Source: Candidatus Krumholzibacteriia bacterium
GTDB taxonomy: Bacteria > Krumholzibacteriota > Krumholzibacteriia > LZORAL124-64-63
Assembly (NCBI GenBank): GCA_036351155.1
Contig: JAZBOO010000322.1
Coordinates: forward strand, 1 to 18,420
Direction: 5' to 3'
Length of the DNA stretch: 18,420 bases
Shown here: piece by piece, positions 17,524 to 18,420 of the stretch
Position numbering within the stretch: position 1 is the first letter of the stretch
How the letters are laid out: each line of letters begins with the position of its first letter
Notes under the pieces: model-generated
Told to the model about the DNA's origin: nothing
What the model saw: only the letters and a program-made list of their open reading frames with translations
The model's database searches: none
Translations under genes and position numbers: made by a program

Positions 17524-17542
17524 AGATTCCCGTAACTTCTCC

Positions 17543-17569
17543 TTAAAAATTTATCCCCCGGGCCGATAA
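17543..17569 (+). promoter_or_regulatory. Sigma28 (FliA)-like promoter for the REC-HD regulator
   Basis: TTAAA-N14-GCCGATAA (perfect -10 octamer), about 85 nt upstream of ATG 17654. Confidence 0.65.
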
Positions 17570-17653
17570 ATATCCTGAAGCGGATCTCCCATTTTCACGG
17601 CGTACAAGTCTGGTCTGGGATTCCATGCCCCTCCAGACCCGTCAAGGACGGCA

Positions 17654-18420
17654 ATGAACGGTAAACCCCGGATCCTGTGTGTTGACGACGAGGAAAACAT
17701 CCTGAGTGCCATCCAGCGCAGCCTGCGTCGGAGTTTTTCCATCACCACCGCCACCAGTGGAAAAGAAGGGTTACAGATTCTCAAGGAATCCGAACCCTTC
17801 GAGGTGGTGGTCTCGGACATGAAAATGCCCGAGATGTCGGGGGCGGTTTTCTTGAAGAAAGCCAGCGTACTGTATCCCCACACGGTGCGGGTGCTGTTGA
17901 CCGGCTATGCCGATCTGGACAACGTGGTGGCTGCCGTCAATGACGGTCACATTTATCGCTTCCTGGGCAAGCCGATCACTGGCAGTCAGCTGCAGCAAGC
18001 GCTGGAGGACAGCGTGGCCCAGCACCGGCTGTTGACCGCCGAAAAAGTCCTGCTCGAGAAGACCCTGAAAGGCAGCATCCAGGCCCTGACAGAAATCCTT
18101 TCCCTGGCAAACCCCGCGGCATTTGGACGGGGCACCCGGATCAGCCAAATGGCCATGATCCTGGCTCGACGCCTCCGGGCTGAGAACCTGTGGCAGGTGG
18201 AAGTTGCCGCCATGCTGTCCCAGATCGGATGTATCACCTTGCCCCACGATACCGCAATGAAGTGGTATGGGGGAGAGGACCTCAGTCCCATGGAAGAAGC
18301 CATGGTGGCCAAGCTTCCAGAAATGACCCGCTGTGTGCTGGGAACAATTCCCAGGCTGGAATCGGTGATGGAAATCCTGGATTACCAGAACAAGAATTTT
18401 GACGGCTCAGGTCCCCCGGA
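17654..18420 (+). CDS. Response regulator REC + degenerate HD-GYP-like domain; partial, runs off the window
   Basis: Manual translation: MNGKPRILCVDDEENILSAIQRSL...VVVSDMKMPEMSG...LLTGYAD...RFLGKP (intact REC), then KGSIQALTEILSLANPAAFGRGTRI...VAAMLSQIGC...DYQNKNFDGSGPP. RBS AAGGA 17644-17648. Absent from the ORF track because there is no stop in the window. Confidence 0.9.
   Translation, partial: MNGKPRILCVDDEENILSAIQRSLRRSFSITTATSGKEGLQILKESEPFEVVVSDMKMPEMSGAVFLKKASVLYPHTVRVLLTGYADLDNVVAAVNDGHIYRFLGKPITGSQLQQALEDSVAQHRLLTAEKVLLEKTLKGSIQALTEILSLANPAAFGRGTRISQMAMILARRLRAENLWQVEVAAMLSQIGCITLPHDTAMKWYGGEDLSPMEEAMVAKLPEMTRCVLGTIPRLESVMEILDYQNKNFDGSGPP

Noticed and set aside
1..18420. CRISPR arrays, IS/integrase genes, tRNA/rRNA, defence systems
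   Set aside because: No regularly spaced 25-40 bp repeats, transposase motifs or RNA gene signatures seen, and nearly all sequence is explained by the CDSs listed.

Overview
GC-rich bacterial window, densely coding, with no mobile element, CRISPR array, rRNA or tRNA visible. It opens with the 3' end of a secreted protein carrying a FlgD-Ig-like C-terminal domain, common in FCB-group candidate phyla (taxonomy is inference only). A membrane-anchored winged-helix/TolB-propeller regulator is divergent from a three-gene operon: a signal-peptide-bearing TPR-SAM methyltransferase, an APC permease and a TPR-CocE/NonD hydrolase. 11-bp-periodic TTAG repeats lie between them. A soluble HisKA_3/NarL two-component pair is divergent from an amt + outer-membrane beta-barrel operon with no adjacent glnK. 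The amt leader has 22-bp-spaced repeats and mutually exclusive SD/anti-SD pairings. The rest is sthA, a large secreted VPS10/BNR-repeat protein, and a PAS histidine kinase divergent from a REC-degenerate HD-GYP regulator across back-to-back sigma28-like promoters. The best candidates for something new are the amt-porin regulatory module and the exported methyltransferase/permease/esterase module.
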